From Marsupella aquatica (Eukaryota > Plantae > Marchantiophyta): a stretch of DNA of 64,000 bases. The DNA lies in NCBI GenBank assembly GCA_973895155.1, contig OZ316892.1, positions 5,362,376-5,426,375 of the forward strand, read 5' to 3'. Within the stretch, counting starts at the first letter, position 1. Each line of letters starts with the position of its first letter. Under the pieces are notes generated by a model. It worked only from the letters and a program-made list of their open reading frames with translations. It did not search any database and was not told the DNA's origin. The position numbers and the translations under genes were made by a program. This document shows positions 38,001 to 49,147 of the stretch, piece by piece.

Positions 38001-38440
38001 GTGGAAAAAGCATGAGTAAAGACCAATAGGATACCTCGATAGGATGCGCCAAGATAAGCTGCATGAGTTGCAACAAGGAAGAACGAACTAATGGGCGCAA
38101 CGCTAGTGGGATGTGGTTATAAAGGCGAGGTCTAATGTACCCTGGATGGTAGGCTGGAAGGGGGTCTAGAGAGCGAACCCAACTCCATGCCTGCTCGGAA
38201 GCCTCCAAGGAAGGAGGGGCAGAGCTAACTGGGTCAAGAGGGGGCTGGGGCTGGGATTGGGCTTGCTGGCGACGTTGGCACCGGCCCCGCCCGCGGTGAT
38301 GAGGAAGGGAGAGGCCGATAAAAGCAAAAGCGCATCAAGAAGCGACAAAAGGCCCAACCAAGACTTGTGAAAAGAAAGGGAAGGCTATGGAGAGAGCCCA
38401 CCGCGTCAAAATCCGAGAAGCGGCGCCCCCGCTAGCCTAG
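35031..38440 (-). mobile_element. CRE-like non-LTR retrotransposon (RT plus restriction-like endonuclease), about 3.4 kb
   Basis: Single long ORF and a 3' UTR of about 240 nt with a 48-bp tandem repeat. The 3' end is defined by the two other copies in the window (all end TATATTCT). The 5' boundary is approximate. Confidence 0.9.
35269..38208 (-). CDS. Reverse transcriptase / zinc knuckle / RLE endonuclease polyprotein (979 codons, no ATG at the ORF start)
   Basis: RT motifs: VRPIAIGEVFLRL, HQFAVGVPGGCE, LQVDVSNAFN, GTRQGDPLG, SLSDD, LRVLGSPVG, LPISHGGFGL. C-terminal motifs: CTC...HLLRC, HDAVRD, RVDL...LADVVV, KEAKY, FLPLALEIFG. Confidence 0.95.
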   Translation of the reverse strand: MEASEQAWSWVRSLDPLPAYHPGYIRPRLYNHIPLALRPLVRSSLLQLMQLILAHPIEVSYWSLLMLFPQWTLTLPSHGGRVGHRETASRIHHFLRGDWEQLQEEYFLRARSFTTRALSDPARHSHPPEHRRLRRSCRLAQAGEYRRAVQALSPTTPAPPGEVTLTALQDLHPQPYDQLPLFVEDFEPEEDLQFSRDHFTYAFLHAPRCAAGGPSGYVFEHFRDLFPPEDPQSGFPVFFSFCQCIAAGRLPPPVSRLLSASRLLAMAKSSPGVRPIAIGEVFLRLVSRALSSQYRSALSDHLSPHQFAVGVPGGCETVIAGIRTTLDLHPDWVVLQVDVSNAFNTVSRAAIFRALRAADPDIQSLIPFVRCFYGCEAPLFYSHHTSTGVYTTLSSAEGTRQGDPLGGPLFAIAHFTALREASTAHPQCIFPSLSDDTHIIGPPFAVTSALATLSTHLLGLGLRVQPVKSRAWSPAGLPSDLALPPGFLRPADGLRVLGSPVGTASFCSSFIADALQAALGPTPMLPKLADSQAAFGLLLRCIHPRASYLARTHPPTEDLSLHLRAFDVSIRETLASLLGPGTLLSSPWLHRQLSLPISHGGFGLTSTERLAPLAFLGAWAAAFSLLADRFLTEDRPFLLSSLMEVEEGSLPFQVHLRTARSSLPDPVRAALPSFQEFLSLDPVRLQADLAGRMHAFTLSSILTEAPDTDRARILSSGGKGAGGWLQANPVIPHLRMSSAEFATAMRLRMGLPHPLLAGLPPTCTCGKPCDATGVHLLRCSLGGETIFVHDAVRDATAQVLSGSLVCARREVVLELPGPPSQRLRVDLTMVRDGHRTLADVVVANPLRQDIIGTAATTAGTAASRAAQTKEAKYAARASSDSFLPLALEIFGRLHHQFDGLLRQAARDVHGRMGPTGPPLSVLTTHFRQRISVTLQRAQARAVYRRSLTVGASVTPQRLAPLEDIPVPLADLVSTLDVDH

Positions 38441-40056
38441 AACATTATAGAGTCCCATCCTCCCTGGCCTGGGGAGTTCTAGTTGCAAATGAGACAAGGA
38501 TCCAGTACATTAACATCAGTTCTTTGACAATGCACTAATCTCTAGCCCTAGCAGTATGCATGCAGCACTCCTGAATCTTGCCAAATTGCCCATTGATAGA
38601 CAGGCAGAACAGCACAACCACCCTATGGATTCAATGCCCTCAATGATCCCCAACCCCATTTATTTGATGGAGGAAATAATGTAGGTTTATGCTCATTAAC
38701 CTATCCCTTGACACAGGAAATGTCTGGGTAAATTTGACCAATAATTCGCAAGCAAAGCTTCACTCTGGAGCCTACGGTCTAGAGTGAAACTTCTTGACCC
38801 TGACTCTGGGCGGGACTCTGGGCTGCCAGCAAGTTTTGGGGTGGGGCAACAGGGGAGGAATGCAACCACGGGTCTGAGCAAAGCTTGGGCATTCAACTAG
38901 ACAGTGAATTTTGACCCTGAAGGTTGGGCTTAACCTCACAGGCTGCAATTATGCCCTTAGGGTTACCCTCCTCATTTTTGGTGATATTTTTCAAAATCTG
39001 CATTGGTCTCTTAACCTTTTCTCTTTTATATTCGGTTCACTTTTGGTTTACATAATTATTATCCGAAGACTTAAAGTCAACTTACTGTATCGAAATAATA
39101 ATTGGCAGCTACCAGAAGCAAGCCTTTTATGTTTCAAAAGATTCCAAGAAAATATCAATTCAAGGGACAAATTAATAATTTATAGCCTACTTTCCACTGC
39201 AAAATCACACTTGATGAGGACCTATACCTGCTGTAGAGTAAAGGTAAATTCCAGGCATCCAAGTCTAGGAGGATACGTGCCCACAGTGTTCCCCCAAAGA
39301 GCTTCTAGAAGGACAGACTACTAAAGAGATATTTTCTCACAAACAGGAAAATCCCCATGAGAGGAGCAAACAAGGTAAGCTGCGAATCTCATCTGGAAAA
39401 TGCAAACCGTGTACAGTTCTTTTCGCCTTCTTCCCCCCCCCCCCGAAAAAAAAAACAAAACAAATTGCACTTTGTGTAGATGAAGGACAGGAGCAGACCA
39501 TAATCATGCCCTTATTTGAGTTATTTATTCCTTGTTCCCTTGGAAGAAGCGCCCATACGTAGAGCACCTAAGTATGCTCACTGTAGTTGTAGAAGCGAGG
39601 GATAGGTTGTGGGTAGATTGGGTCCATGGAGTCATGGACGTTCAAGTTCCTCGAGATCCACAGCTTCGCACTGCCCAACTCTCCTCTCACAAGAATGAGA
39701 CTGAATGTTCATGCCCCTCGAGAATGGTGAGATCTCGTGATTCAGCAGTCTCCAATGCTCTGACATTTGAGCACGTAGGGGCCAGAATAGTCAAATTCAT
39801 TCGTTCTGTTTGGGTCCCATCAGCAGCTGCCGCTGCTGCTGGGCATCATCATCATAATTATAATCATATAGACCGTCGCTTCGAATTCAGTCATGTTCTC
39901 CAAGCTACCCGTGAACCAATCAATCAACTCCCTGCTGCAGCATCAATTTTGTTATTGCACTGATCTCCATGAGGAACAAAGTCACGGGGGCGGTGCATGC
40001 TACTCTAGGATTTGTAGCAGTCTAGGCTCTAGAGCCTCAATAGCACTGTTGGTATT

Positions 40057-40242
40057 TTAGAGAGGGGGCTGGGTCCCTGCATTTCGTTGGCTGACAGGTG
40101 GTCTGGCTGTCGCAGCCTCTTTGTCGCTGCTGCTCAATATATTAGTTTCTCCCTGCAGAAATTTGCAGATCTGCTCTACGTACCCGTAGAGCCTTTGGTG
40201 TGATTGGCTCTGATGCTGGCTTGGCTGAGGATAACTTGTCAT
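40057..40242 (-). CDS. Candidate 61-aa small ORF at the end of an apparently multi-exon leader
   Basis: ATG in CCAACCATG context, acceptor TTTCAG at about 40323, and upstream GTAAG donors at 40616, 40814 and 41189 on the same strand. No homology recognised. Confidence 0.25.
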   Translation of the reverse strand: MTSYPQPSQHQSQSHQRLYGYVEQICKFLQGETNILSSSDKEAATARPPVSQRNAGTQPPL

Positions 40243-43035
40243 GGTTGGCGTGCGATTCCCTTGAGTTCCAGCTCGGGTTCCAGCTCTTCAAGGGAAGGGC
40301 CTGTGCTACGCCTTAGTTATAACTGAAACACGATTTGTGGTTTAATTTGATTAGTGAAAAGCTTTGAGCTAGCGTCGAGACATTACAGAAAAGAGCAGAT
40401 TCTTGCTCTCCACTGTACAGTAAACAAGTTATCAACAAAGACCTCGCGTATTCAAGCAATATGCCTTCTCCAAGTTAGTATCTATGTAAGGATCTTAACT
40501 GTGCTTGTTATGACTATGTTTGAGCCACTGCAGACACAATAGAAAGGAGAGCAGATGGTTCATTCATGACAGCGGTAAAGAATTCAATGAGCCCATCGGA
40601 TTATTCTCTGACTTACCTTTTGGGAGTTCTGCTTAATCGTTAGATGGGATTAGTGGCCATCCAAAAGTCACAGTACAAACTACACAGGACAGCAGACTCG
40701 CACAAGTTGTTCACTGAGTACTGGTTATAACTCAGAAGAAACTACCGTAGCAACAAAAGCCTTCTTACGTTATATCTTGGAGTTTCTTCTCAATCTTATA
40801 ACTGCAGACCTTACCTTTGATTTGAGTCCGCACTTGAGGACAATGGTCCTGTTCATGCCCCTACCAGATCTACGATTCACTTTTACATGTTAAAATGCTC
40901 AGACTGAATATTTACTCACACAAACTTTACTGATCAGCAGTTAAGTCTGTAGCAAGAAACTGTAAGAATGACGAGAATAAATACTTAGACACCTACATAA
41001 TTGCGGACGGTCAATCTAGACGGCATAGGAATGTTTCCTGCTAATTTTCTTCGCTACTGTTAGGAACTGAACTGAGGATCCATCTAAATTTCCTTGTTTC
41101 ATTGTTTGGGCACGGAAAATGTCATCGATAGAAAGTTATTTTCCTTACTAGGGTTCGAGGAGAATCTGGAAGTACTTTGTTGAGCTTACTTTTCCCAAGT
41201 TGTAGAGAGCCGAAATTCTTCTCAAGAATCTCCACTGCTCGATACTGCTCTCTACCCTTGTGTAGTTTTTGTAATGGTGCGCGATTCCTCAACGAATAAT
41301 CTGACGTGCTGGCCCAGTGAGCCGGAGGAAGCGCCGCAAGAGCGGGAGCCCTCTGTCGGAATCCATGCATACCGAATGGTGCAGGTTTCCTTGTCTGCTG
41401 GATAAGTGAATACATGGGATCTTTCCACTCCTGTAAAGCTTCCCTCCTACAGAAAATGCACGGCAGATTCGGGTACCTCATTGCATGTATAGGGTGGTGG
41501 CGCTTTGGCGAGCACTTTCGGCAGTTTCGTTGCATGGAAATCGAAGTTTGAGAACTTGTACCGGAGTCTCCCTCTGGTCACTGCCGCCGCTGACTGTAAT
41601 CACCTCGTCGCTGCCCTACCGTGTACGGGACAAACTCTGCCACCACATATCCGAATATTGTGGATTTGTTAATTGTGTGGGTAGTTTTGCTACAAATCTT
41701 CATACTTCGAACATTTTCTCACCAGCCTCCCAGCAGGATCCAGGTGCCAGACAGAAGTGACGATCACTCCGTCTGGGAAGTTGTAAACGCTTTCGAATTT
41801 TCAACTTCATATCTGATGGGCGATTGAATGAAAATTCGAAGCTACTGTAGTACTTGGGTATGGTTCACGATACGGGCTTAAATGCCAAGTATTATTCTCC
41901 TAGGGTGGGCACCATTATCACGAGGCGGGTCATGAGGTAACAACAGGGACGTGGCTATATACATAGGTGGCCTTTCCAGGCGATTCCCGGAGTGGATAAT
42001 GGTGGCCATTCAGCAATATTCGTCCAGCCCACTCCTCCGCATCTCTCCCCTCTAAAAAAATTCAACTAGTCATTACATGATTGGAGCCAGAATAGTTCGG
42101 AAGAGATGGCTGTAAAATCTGGTCTGCTAGATCAATGGCGAACGCTCAATTTGGGTAAGTTTTAATTTATTACACGAAAGTTTACGACGGAGTTCAGTAC
42201 TGACACTGTATTACCAAATCCTGAAAGCTCAAAATTATGCTCCATATAGTGACTCAAAATTCTAAACACTACGTTGCATTGTGCATTTGGTGAGTCGTTA
42301 CGTATTGATGTAAATGTTCTGTCCTGCATTTTGGTGTTCCTCAGAAGTTCCACAACTCAAGAATTAAGGTCAGATGCTACACAATTGCATTTAATTGACA
42401 TTTATAAGTGGTTATGTATTATATATATCATCAGATTTCGCTCTCAATGTGTTAGTGTGTAACGGTTCCCAAGCTCTGTTCCTGCTCACCGGAGTAGGAA
42501 TTAATTGTGAGTGACAAATTACACCTGTCCAATGTATTCTGGATCTAGGGCAAATATATAGGTAGTTTTAGTGGCGAGCAGCATGTCACAATTCATACTG
42601 GGAACAGAATTATACAGACGTTGTTAGCTACTAGTACGAGCCCGAGATTGCTGTTAGGAAACAACTCAGTAGACAGTGTTGCTGTTCAGCATTTTCCTTT
42701 AGCAGAACATCACTATGCATCTCGTTTTCTGGCAAAACATCCGTGTGCATTTCCTTCTCTCGGATAGCATCCTTATGCATTTCATTTCCGCAAATCCATT
42801 ACTTCACATAGTACATCGAGCAATTCATTCCAGCTTTTTAGAATAGGACGGTTCTGAATCATTTATTACATACATATCACACTGCCAAAGCCAAATTAGG
42901 AGACAGGACCCAGAAGCCAGAGGCCAGAGGCCAGAGACCCAATAAAGGTGAGAACACAAAGGAAAAACCTCGGGAAGAGCAAAGAACCAAAAGCCTGGGA
43001 GTCGCCTACAACAGCACAGGAACTAACAACATACC

Positions 43036-43420
43036 GCTCATCAGTTTACTTTGTACTTTTCAGTGATCTGCATCTCACTCCCACCTCACCGAGCTGGCTT
43101 CAATTTATTCTCCGCTCTACATCTCTTCCTACCGCCCCTCTATTGTTGATTAGGACACTTGTTCAATATTCCACCTCGCGCATTTATCACCTTTTTGTTC
43201 TCTATCTCTCTATCTCTCTATCTCTCTTCTCTCTTCTTCTTCTTTCGAGGAGTGGATTGTAATGGACCTCTGTGTGTCTTCTTTCATCAGGCTACTGACC
43301 CAACTGGTTAGTAGTGATCCTCTTGGATGTACGTACTGTAGCTGTTTCTTTGTACTCTGCCGTCGTATTGTTATCGTTGATTGGCTCATCAGTTTACTTT
43401 GTACTTTTCAGTGATCTGCA
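43036..43420. repeat. Exact 37-bp direct repeat, 348 bp apart
   Basis: gctcatcagtttactttgtacttttcagtgatctgca at 43036-43072 and 43384-43420. Confidence 0.9.
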
Positions 43421-46400
43421 AAAAACCTGCATTTGTCATTTAATTAATAAACTAAAAAATCTCTCGCTGATTTTTGGGTGACATTCATAATCTACATACA
43501 GAGCATCCTAAGCTTCTCATATAAACAAGTTCAAACTAGGTGAAAGGAGGAAATCTTGCTGATTACCCCGTGATTACCTCCTGTAAGCCCATTCTCATGA
43601 GGGCGTAAATCTGTCGGATACAACACTAAGGTAACAAGGAGGCCAACTCTTTCCAGTAATCGTACTCCAGATAAGGAATTGCACGAATATGAACATGTTA
43701 AATAATATCAAGTCTGGTTTGACTACATGCCCACAAAATGCAATGCCCAGAGACGGAAATCAGAACCATCGAGTCATACAAATTAACCACACTTTCATCC
43801 CCGTGACGAATTCGCCAATTGATCAAGTTTCATCAATCATGGCGGTCAGCGGACTTTGATGAAGCTCGAAAGAGGAATGTAGTCTGATTTAGTCTGCTAG
43901 ATGGCGTGACGATCAAGGCCAACTCTGTGCATGAGTCTATCCTCTCAAACTGCGATATCCCGTCTTGTGATGGAATCAGTAGTAGGATATACTGAATAAA
44001 CCACATGGAGTAAAAACAAATGCCAAAATAATGCAGAAAGATCTTTGTGAGGCCCGAGGCAATCATAATTCTTTCGTACATCATCTTGACATTGTAGTTT
44101 CCTTATTCGTAACCTCGAGCAATTGTACATTGCCATAGCTATCCTCTTCACTTCGGGTGAAATCTTATCTTGCTCTCATTATCTTTAGATGGAAGGATTG
44201 CGAGCAAAATCCACGCAATCACGTGGCGTAGCGATAAACCGCGAGCTTCGATTAACGAAAGTCGGTTGCGTTAAGTCGTCACGGCTCGAGAGGTACTACC
44301 TGTAAAGTCCCTTTCCGATCAACCTCCTTGTCACGAGGGGTCGACATGTGACGATTATGAAGTCCAGCTTTCAAGATTGGATGGTAGCCGACGGGAGTGT
44401 TGGCTCCCCAGTGGAGTTAAATGTCTCGTAATAACTCTAGATCGAGAGTACAGTATTGAGCTCCTTGACAGGACTGTCCCACACAGAGGAGCAGTATTCT
44501 GCCACGGTCGGAATATTCTAATCTGCGAGAACTGACAGATATATCGTAGGACCAACAAAATCACGGCGACATTTTCACAATGTGCCGACTGCTGCCGAGC
44601 CCACCACCCTGACAGGTGAAGATGTACCGTAGTCATCTTTGCCAGTAAGGGAGATTTACAACGTGACTTCTGGACCGCCGGAGTAGAGTCAGAGAGGACA
44701 TCTGATCGAGGCACAAGGACCGACGCAATCTATTTGCTTTTTCTCATTCCTTCTTCCTTAATGCTCGAGGCTGAGCTGCTTTGTGGACTGTTCTGATGGG
44801 TAAGTTTTTCTTTTCTTTTGTTTATTTGATTGTTTCATAACTCTGACGAATGAATGAAACTGCATGGAACGGCTCTGATACAAAGCGGTAAACCTGTGAA
44901 GGCCAATGGTCGAAGAACAAGCTGCAACAGCAGAGATGCCGATTTAACAGCAAAGGCGGGGCGGGGGGCGGGGGGGGGTGAACAAACACTAAGGAACCCC
45001 CGGCATCACTGCCAAAAGAGCGACTCACAGCCCAACTAGAGGCACGACCAAGAATGGTTCGCTTGAGTGAAGGCTAAGACCTGAAGCTGCAAACTAACAA
45101 ATTGCCATCCACGGAGTCGGCCAACTGAGAGACATCAAAGTGCAATCCGCAGAAAGCTTTCCAATATAGAGGTGTCATCTTAGGGTGCTGGGTAAAATGG
45201 TCGAAAGATCAGGCACGCATTTGAAGAGACAATGGCCAAATCCTCCACAACAGGTATTCCAGAGGAGGATGCCCGGACATAATTTTAAAATCCTTCCACA
45301 TGATGCGACTATGAACATGATGCGATTTCCTGAGTATCATGAACACGATCATGAGAAGCAAATAAGTTAAGCTTCTACCTGTCCAGAAAATCGGTGCTTG
45401 ACAATAAGAAACAGCCCCAGATATGTCCTCCGCACTGCTGAAGTGTTTTGTCAAGTACTAACCAACATAAACTGGTAATGTACTTGAACCGGGAAGGCTT
45501 TAATCAAGTTTTGATACCCAAAAAAGCCAACATGATCCAAGCTAGATAAAGCCGCAAGGGGTACTGGCGTTCCTTAGACAGAGATTGAAGAAATTGATGG
45601 AGCAAACACGCTACAGTTAACCAAGAGAATCCATTGGCTAGGCGAACTGAATTCTAGTCGGTTAACAAGTTTGTGCAGAGTCTCCTGTGAGTTAATTTCC
45701 CATGCTTCAATAGTTAACTACGGGTCGGACGTCTAGATTTAGTTCCTAGATAGACATCCTTAATGCTGTAGACCATGTCGAATGAGATGGTCCACTCTCC
45801 CAACACCTCAAATTCTACTACTCTGCAATCTGTTACGATTCACAAAGTTTCCTCTCATGAGTTTCTGAACGTCATGTTCGACTTTTCCGAAACAGTTCAC
45901 AACTTCGTGTCTTCTGACTTCGGATATTCTTCAACTTTGCGTTTCATGAATCTTCTGAGAAACTCTCCTGGATTTCATTATTAATACTCTTTAATTCGAA
46001 CGTCGTGTTCTGAATCATTTGAAAGAGTCTCCTGGAATTCATGTTCCAGATTTTCCGACACTTTTCAGAAGCTCAACCTTCCTTCAGAGAATCATCGCTT
46101 AAACTCTTGTATACTAACACTTCTGTACTAATCATCGTGCATGTTTCAAGATTGTTAAGGGCTCAGTATCTTCCAATGTAAACCGTTTGGGTTTACTGGT
46201 TGAAATGTCAAGTTAGTTTGATGGCTGCAAATTTGTTGAAAATCTCGCTGAATGATTTTGTATATTGTTTCTCCCGACCCCAAAAGACAACGATGCTTTT
46301 TTAGTCTGTTGGGTGAACCTATTATGTCCTAGAGGAATCAATTGAGATGGCTGTGTGGTTAACGTGTGTGTCGACGTCACAAGCTTTTCTGTATTTGGCT

Positions 46401-47440
46401 GCACAGCAATGGTCACGAGTACTCAACGATTACGCGTGCCTGGTTGATCGGTATTTTGGAGGTCAATGACATTGAATTTCAAATAAGCAGAGCATATCAC
46501 GCTTTTCCTTACTTCTGCGAGAAAAAGGAGATTCCTTAGAGGTACCAGTGCACATGTTATTACGTAGCAAATTGGCTGAACTCGTCAAATTGCTCATCAG
46601 CAATCCATTTGTAACAGACTCTAAAAAGGATCGTTCAACTACCACCCCTCGTCTCACTCCTAATAAAGCCCCTTTCATAGCTCTTTGTCAGAAAGGACTC
46701 CCTCATAGAGTTCAATCTTAGGGTGGCCAAGTTACTAGATAAGATGTAGCAGACATTTGTGATTTGTTTTCCGCCGAAGTAAAGTGGAGGGCCACTTCTT
46801 CAGTTGTTGGAAAGATAGACTGGACACCAAATATCTTTTGAAAAAGTTAGGTAAATGATATCCCTTGTGAAGAAGTCAAAGTTTGGAAATGTTTGGACCA
46901 CCTCCAGAAATAAGCACTCACATCAGCGTGGGTCCCCAGGTGGTCTTCAATTCTAGACAGAATAAGAACTCCACATCATTTGCTTTTATTTGGGCCCACA
47001 GCAGATGGGAATGGGTCCTGAGTTCAAGCCAACTACGATAGTTTCTAGCTAGTCCCTCATTATTCTGTCGAGATTTAACCTTACCTGCCGGGAATAAAAA
47101 GAAGTAACCACCCTTAGACAAAATCTATTTAAATTGTAGAATGCAATGTACCAAACACGTAGAGAACCTCGATCGGCCGGAGCTGGGGTTCCACGATGTG
47201 GTGGACGTTCTTCATTATCGAGCTCCTCAGAAACATGTCAGATTCATATATTCAAGCTTGGTAAAAACGCGGGCAAAAAATCAGAAACATGTGGGTCCAG
47301 TGGCCCGACAATGGAAGTAGCTGAACGGCTCCGTGCAACTGAGCTTCCAATATGTAGCATCAGTATCAGCTTATCTACAGGTGCACCCTTGAGAACGTCT
47401 TTCTTAGAAACTCTGTAGTCCTACAAAGGTGTCCCAGATA

Positions 47441-47607
47441 GGACCACGTTCATGCCATACAAAAAAGCTTATTCCTAGCCAGATGATGCACTGGCAAATT
47501 GCCAACCTGATTCGTAGTTAGCAGACTCTGCACTAATCAGGTTGACAGTTTGCCAATGCATGCTCTGCTACCTACGATAAGTTTTTAATATGGCATGAAC
47601 GTGGTCC
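47441..47607. mobile_element. Fold-back MITE (167 bp) flanked by TA
   Basis: Perfect 19-bp TIR ggaccacgttcatgccata / tatggcatgaacgtggtcc. Inner arms gca.tggcaaa.tg.caacctgatt / aatcaggttg.ca.tttgcca.tgc. Confidence 0.85.
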
Positions 47608-47759
47608 TATCCAAACATCAATTCCTATCGTCGTCCTATTTGTAACGTCAATTTCATTCTCAGGATTAGACCTGGGTGCATGGTCGTGTATAGTAATTGC
47701 TAAACCTTTTTTGGCGCTTCTTTTTTATGACCTTCTTTTTTATGACCTTCTTTTTTATG

Positions 47760-48510
47760 ACTGTTGTTGGTTTGGCTCCAAGTGTCTACCGAGCTATGGT
47801 ATCTGTGCACTGGTCTTGCCCGCACTGTGTGCACTGAACCTGGCACGTCACTAAGCAATAGAAACGCACTTGATCGTGTGGGCCACATGCACCTAACTAT
47901 ATATATCAGCAGTGAGCATCAACATCAACATCAACCCCTAGCTACCCCACACACAATTCATAGAAACTACAAGGTTGGCACTGTAAGTATATCTTGGCCG
48001 TCTATGAACCGGGCTCTCAAAAAGCCATCCAAGGCAAAACAGGGCAATGCCTCACCGCAGACACCGTTGTAGCAAGCCAAAGCATCTGAAGTATCGTTAT
48101 CGGTGGAGCTTCGGGCCCCGGCACAATGCCCTGCCCACGAACAAGATGGAGGGCTTGGGGTTCCTCCGCCACAGAAGTTCCCGGCTTTGTTGTTGAATAG
48201 TTGGCGCCGGTGTTACACTTGCCATTGGCGAACAGCGCACCCGCTGCATTAAGTTTGCATACGACCCATGTTAGTTTCGTTCCAGATTACGTTTGTAAAT
48301 ATCAAAGCGGGGAACATGATCACGTAGCTCGACGCGAAAATATGGTTGAATGTGTTCTTCCCAATTTTACTTGTTCCAATTGTTTGTTTGCAACGAATCA
48401 TGCCACAAAAGGAATTGTAGATTGAAGGTTGCAAGCTAGACATTAGCGGAGTTTATAAATCTGGATTGTGTTTCAGACATATCGTGATAACAGAACGCAT
48501 GCCAATGTAA
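47760..48510 (-). pseudogene. Decayed gene copy 2 with CSWAGHCAG Cys-rich module; paralog of 18480-19230
   Basis: 48143-48054 reads CSWAGHCAGARSSTDNDTSDALACYNGVCG, preceded by a GGGTPSPPS linker. Upstream frames are broken. A last exon after an AG acceptor reads FSAHSAGK...IP* in both copies, with synonymous differences. Confidence 0.7.
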
Positions 48511-49005
48511 CGAAGCACGGTCGATGGAAGGAAGGATGATTGCAGAGTTTCACTCACATATTGAATTGATACTGTTCTCCGCATCCGCATGATTTTGTAG
48601 TCTCTTGAATCGATCCCGGTGGATCGGACTGATACTTACAGTACCACGACTCGAGGCTTCTACGTGTACGTGATCAAAATTATCGGTGATGATCTCAGCA
48701 GTGTCACGAGACATGTACATGGCGGCCCAAGAGACGAAACTTCTACACTAACAACTTTTACAGACGTTGCCACTCCAAGTCAGTAGATGAGATTCATCAC
48801 TCCATGCTTGCAATTGCAATGTGGCAAGCTGTTTACATTTGGGCCCAAGAGAGGAACTTTCTACTGCAGTACGTACTTTTTCACGCTTTGCGTCTCTAGT
48901 CAATTTGATCAGTCCATTCTTTTTTTTTTTGCCAACCACCACTGAGTCCAATATAAAATGAGAGAAGTGTCCAATATTTCTCACTTGTTCACATTTCTTC
49001 TCTAG

Positions 49006-49117
49006 AGTGAGACTTTGCATAATTTCACGTAAAAAGTCTAAAAAGTGAGACTTTGCTTAATTTCAAACTAAAAAGTCTAAAAAGTGAGACTTTGCTTAAT
49101 TTCAACTAAAAAGTCTA
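49006..49117. repeat. About 37-bp tandem repeat x3
   Basis: agtgagactttgc.taatttca...taaaaagtcta occurs three times. Confidence 0.9.
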
Positions 49118-49147
49118 GAAATGGTGAAACCTGGTGGATCCAGGTTT

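Larger units (their letters stand above)
34807..38990 (-). mobile_element. Old LINE remnant (about 34807-35030 plus about 38440-38990) split by the CRE-like insertion
   Basis: Minus-strand T/G-rich UTR ending in AAAAATACAAAAA at about 34807-34820 on one side, and broken ORF2-like frames on the other. No TSD found. Confidence 0.4.

Noticed and set aside
35442-38019. Multiple overlapping ORFs inside the retrotransposon
   Set aside because: Alternative-frame and antisense shadows of a GC-rich RT ORF, with no recognisable motifs.
47700-47888. HKKEG x3 peptide ORF
   Set aside because: It arises from a 15-bp tandem repeat. Comparison with the paralog favours a different frame that stops earlier.
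48264-48300. VIWNETN as the GH75 chitosanase GIWGDTN catalytic motif
   Set aside because: Only loosely similar, and the spacing to the Cys module (about 47 codons) seems too short. The upstream domain is left unassigned.
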